NCBI GenBank assembly: GCA_045118435.1
Contig: JBGUYA010000153.1
Location: 4,391-68,390, forward strand
From: Quinella sp.
GTDB taxonomy: Bacteria; Bacillota; Negativicutes; Selenomonadales; Selenomonadaceae
DNA: 64,000 nucleotides
Reading direction: 5' to 3'
Shown: in pieces, positions 62,068 through 64,000 of the stretch
How positions within the stretch are numbered: the stretch's first letter is position 1
Layout: each line of letters begins with the position of its first letter
Position numbers and translations under genes: made by a program
The notes under the pieces: generated by a model
What the model saw: the letters and a program-made list of their open reading frames with translations, nothing else
Told to the model about the DNA's origin: nothing
Databases searched by the model: none

Positions 62068-62467
62068 TGGAAGTTGAGCTGATTTGCTCAAGCGTGACGT
62101 ATTACCGTCTTCGCCATAAATTTGGACAGAGAAATCATTGCTGTTAACGATGTCATTGCCTGTACCACAGTGAATGCTAGAACTACCGTTATTGTCAATT
62201 GTGCCGTCGCCGCCTTTAGCTTCAATTGTGACGCCATTATGGTTTCTTGGGTTGTAAATGCAATCGTTGCCCTCAGTGCCTTTTAGATGATGATTGTAAT
62301 TCGTGACCCCTTTCCTTTTTTCTGACCATAAAAATCACTTCCTAAAAAAGTTTCAGTTATTTACACGTCGAGACGAGCGGTTTCATTTACGAGGAGTCGA
62401 AAAATTTTTTTACATTGCGAATGAAGCCGTTGCCGTTGGTGCCGCTTACGGAATACACCTGCGCGGT

Positions 62468-63727
62468 TCAGGGGATTATCACGGTTACAATCGTTCCGCC
62501 ACCTGCGCGGGTTTGTATCGTCATTTTTCCGCCGCACATTATTTCTAAGCGTTGCCGTATATTTTTTAGGGCGATATGCGGTTTGCTGTCGTCAGATTTG
62601 AAGTCAAAGCCGGGACCGTTGTCCTCTACAATAATTTCACTGCCGGAACTTGTCTCGCGGGTTCGTATGGTTATGTGGAGCGGAGAATATTCCGGATCCA
62701 TGCCGTGCTTAATGGAATTCTCAACGATAGGTTGCAAAGTCAGCGGCGGCAAGCGAAATTCTTTATGATATATATCGTACTCAATAAAAAGACTGTCCTC
62801 GAACTGAACCTGCTCTACGGCTAAATAAGCGCGTGTATGTTCCAATTCGTCGGAGAATGGAACGGTATCTTCGCTGGCAATGGCGGTAAAGTTCTTGCGA
62901 AGATAAGTTGTAAAATCCAGCGTGACTTGCTGAGCTTTTTTAGCGTCTTTCGCGCAGAGATAATAAATACTCATCATGGCGTTGTAGATAAAGTGCGGTC
63001 GCATTTGCAATACCATAATGCTTGCGCGTTGGTGAGCAATTTCCCGCTGTTGTTCTACGTACTGTTCAATCTGGTCGTACAGAATAATTACGAACAGCGA
63101 AAGAATCGAAACGCACGCGCTTAAAACGACGGTTGCGAGAAATTCATAAATAAAACTGTTGATAAACAAAGTGACCTGCAACGGTATCAGATGAATCAGG
63201 AACGCGACATAATATTTTTTGGGTAATTTGTCGCGTTTCTTTATAACGCTTGCCAAATTTATAAACATAACCGCAAACGCGGGAGCAACCATAAGCGAAT
63301 GCCAAGAACCTTGTACAAATTGATTATCCGCCGTGATGTAATAAAAAATCGTCGTAAACTGTGCTGTTGCCAACAAAATAAAATATATGCCCCATAAAAC
63401 GACGACCGTGCGGAAAATCGAACTCTTTTGCCAGTCTTCGCCGCAAGTGCGCAACAAGTAAGCCGTAAACATTGGCATCGGTATCGACAGGAACAGATAT
63501 TCAAAGTAGACGGCAATTTTTTCCGCCCATGCCAAGTTTGGCTCATCGTAAACCACCAAGTCAACTAAAGCAGAAATCATATACAACACGAAAACAGCAA
63601 ACAATATGACGAAGAAACGCTTGTTCCATTGGCTCGTGCTTGGAATGATTACGGAAATCCAAAGTACCATTGCCGACAATGCTATTACTGCGCCGCATAC
63701 GAAAAAATAAAATTGATTCAAACTCAT
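62468..63727 (-). CDS. LytS/YehU-type sensor histidine kinase (multi-TM sensor plus His_kinase/GHKL)
   Basis: ORF 62468..63835. The internal ATG at 63727 (MSLNQFYFF...) abuts the upstream gene's stop codon. About 6 TM helices, then LQMRPHFIYNAMMSIYYL (H-box of the LytS family), PLTLQPIVENSIKHG and VEDNGPG. Confidence 0.85.
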   Translation of the reverse strand: MSLNQFYFFVCGAVIALSAMVLWISVIIPSTSQWNKRFFVILFAVFVLYMISALVDLVVYDEPNLAWAEKIAVYFEYLFLSIPMPMFTAYLLRTCGEDWQKSSIFRTVVVLWGIYFILLATAQFTTIFYYITADNQFVQGSWHSLMVAPAFAVMFINLASVIKKRDKLPKKYYVAFLIHLIPLQVTLFINSFIYEFLATVVLSACVSILSLFVIILYDQIEQYVEQQREIAHQRASIMVLQMRPHFIYNAMMSIYYLCAKDAKKAQQVTLDFTTYLRKNFTAIASEDTVPFSDELEHTRAYLAVEQVQFEDSLFIEYDIYHKEFRLPPLTLQPIVENSIKHGMDPEYSPLHITIRTRETSSGSEIIVEDNGPGFDFKSDDSKPHIALKNIRQRLEIMCGGKMTIQTRAGGGTIVTVIIP

Positions 63728-64000
63728 TACTCTGCACCTCCTGACGGAAACGGGTAGCGGAGTTTTTTTAGTTGCGCTCGGACATTTTCCGCCGTAAGCG
63801 GCTTTAAAAGAAAGCCACAAGCTCCTGTGTTCCACGCATCAAATGAATATTCAATGTACGCTGTCAAAAATACAACGTTTGTGCAGGGATTCAGCTCAAG
63901 CAGCGTGCGGCAAAGATTTAATCCGTTCATTTTGCCCATTTCAATATCCAAAAACGCCAGCGCAATTAAATGAGTCTTCGCGTATTCAATTGCTTCCGAA
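63727..64000 (-). CDS. Response-regulator receiver domain protein, C-terminal part (gene runs off the right edge)
   Basis: ...IALAFLDIEMGKMNGL (phospho-acceptor Asp context), VVFLTAY and GFLLKPL. It ends shortly after the receiver fold with no visible LytTR output domain downstream. Confidence 0.7.
   Translation of the reverse strand, partial: SEAIEYAKTHLIALAFLDIEMGKMNGLNLCRTLLELNPCTNVVFLTAYIEYSFDAWNTGACGFLLKPLTAENVRAQLKKLRYPFPSGGAE

Noticed and set aside
62092-62330. Minus-strand open frame with RTX-like GxxGND nonapeptide repeats
   Set aside because: There is no start codon in the open stretch. It runs antisense into the relaxase-relic region and is only about 75 codons long. I treat it as a possible gene fragment, mentioned under the island finding, not as a feature.
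1-64000. tRNA, rRNA, tmRNA or other classical RNA genes
   Set aside because: I saw no cloverleaf-compatible segment with a T-loop GGTTCGAATCC-like motif and no rRNA-like conserved block in any intergenic region. All sizeable intergenic regions are accounted for by repeats, terminators or promoters.

Overview
This is a 64 kb chromosomal segment with about 70 protein-coding genes. I found no rRNA, tRNA or CRISPR array.

**Likely organism (inference only).** The housekeeping clusters are Firmicute-type: ireB-ruvX-DUF1292-mltG, nadD-yqeK-(LCP)-rsfS-cvfB, proB/proA, efp and ftsX-M23. The window also has outer-membrane features: an autotransporter with a C-terminal beta-barrel ending in W, an RND pump, and TibC-like autotransporter heptosyltransferases. 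Together these suggest a diderm Firmicute (Negativicutes-like). GC content is moderate by eye.

**Core content.**
- DNA repair and information processing: recA, ogg, rsmE, mtaB, cca, a U32 peptidase and pepP.
- Shikimate genes: aroQ at one site and aroC-aroK-aroB at another.
- Cobalamin genes: cobO, and cobS with a pduX-like kinase.
- Others: thrC and a futalosine-type radical SAM enzyme.

**Observations worth a second look.**
1. A tightly coupled minus-strand operon, queD-queE plus three tandem TibC/BAHT-like glycosyltransferase paralogs. It has no queC and diverges from a Type III R-M operon (res then mod). That R-M operon lies in an AT-richer island ending in a MOBQ relaxase relic.
2. A superfamily of heptanucleotide tandem repeats at 13 loci. 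Unit types are TTAGGKN, AATTAGG and TAATKCG. Three loci form long quasi-palindromes. Several run into coding sequence, including an in-frame insert in mtaB.
3. A three-copy intergenic element with a 13-14 bp inverted repeat and a second helix supported by compensatory changes.
4. An Rpn-like PD-(D/E)XK gene inserted between nadD and yqeK. Its tail module is tandemly duplicated and fused in frame to yqeK.
5. Partner-switching domains attached to MATE transporters: a decayed MATE-GHKL kinase gene, and a DUF2156-STAS fusion next to an intact MATE gene.
6. Tandem triplicated acylphosphatases, a sensor-less histidine kinase, and several small zinc-ribbon and unknown operons.

All calls come from reading the sequence and the ORF track and from remembered family motifs. 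No database search was run.
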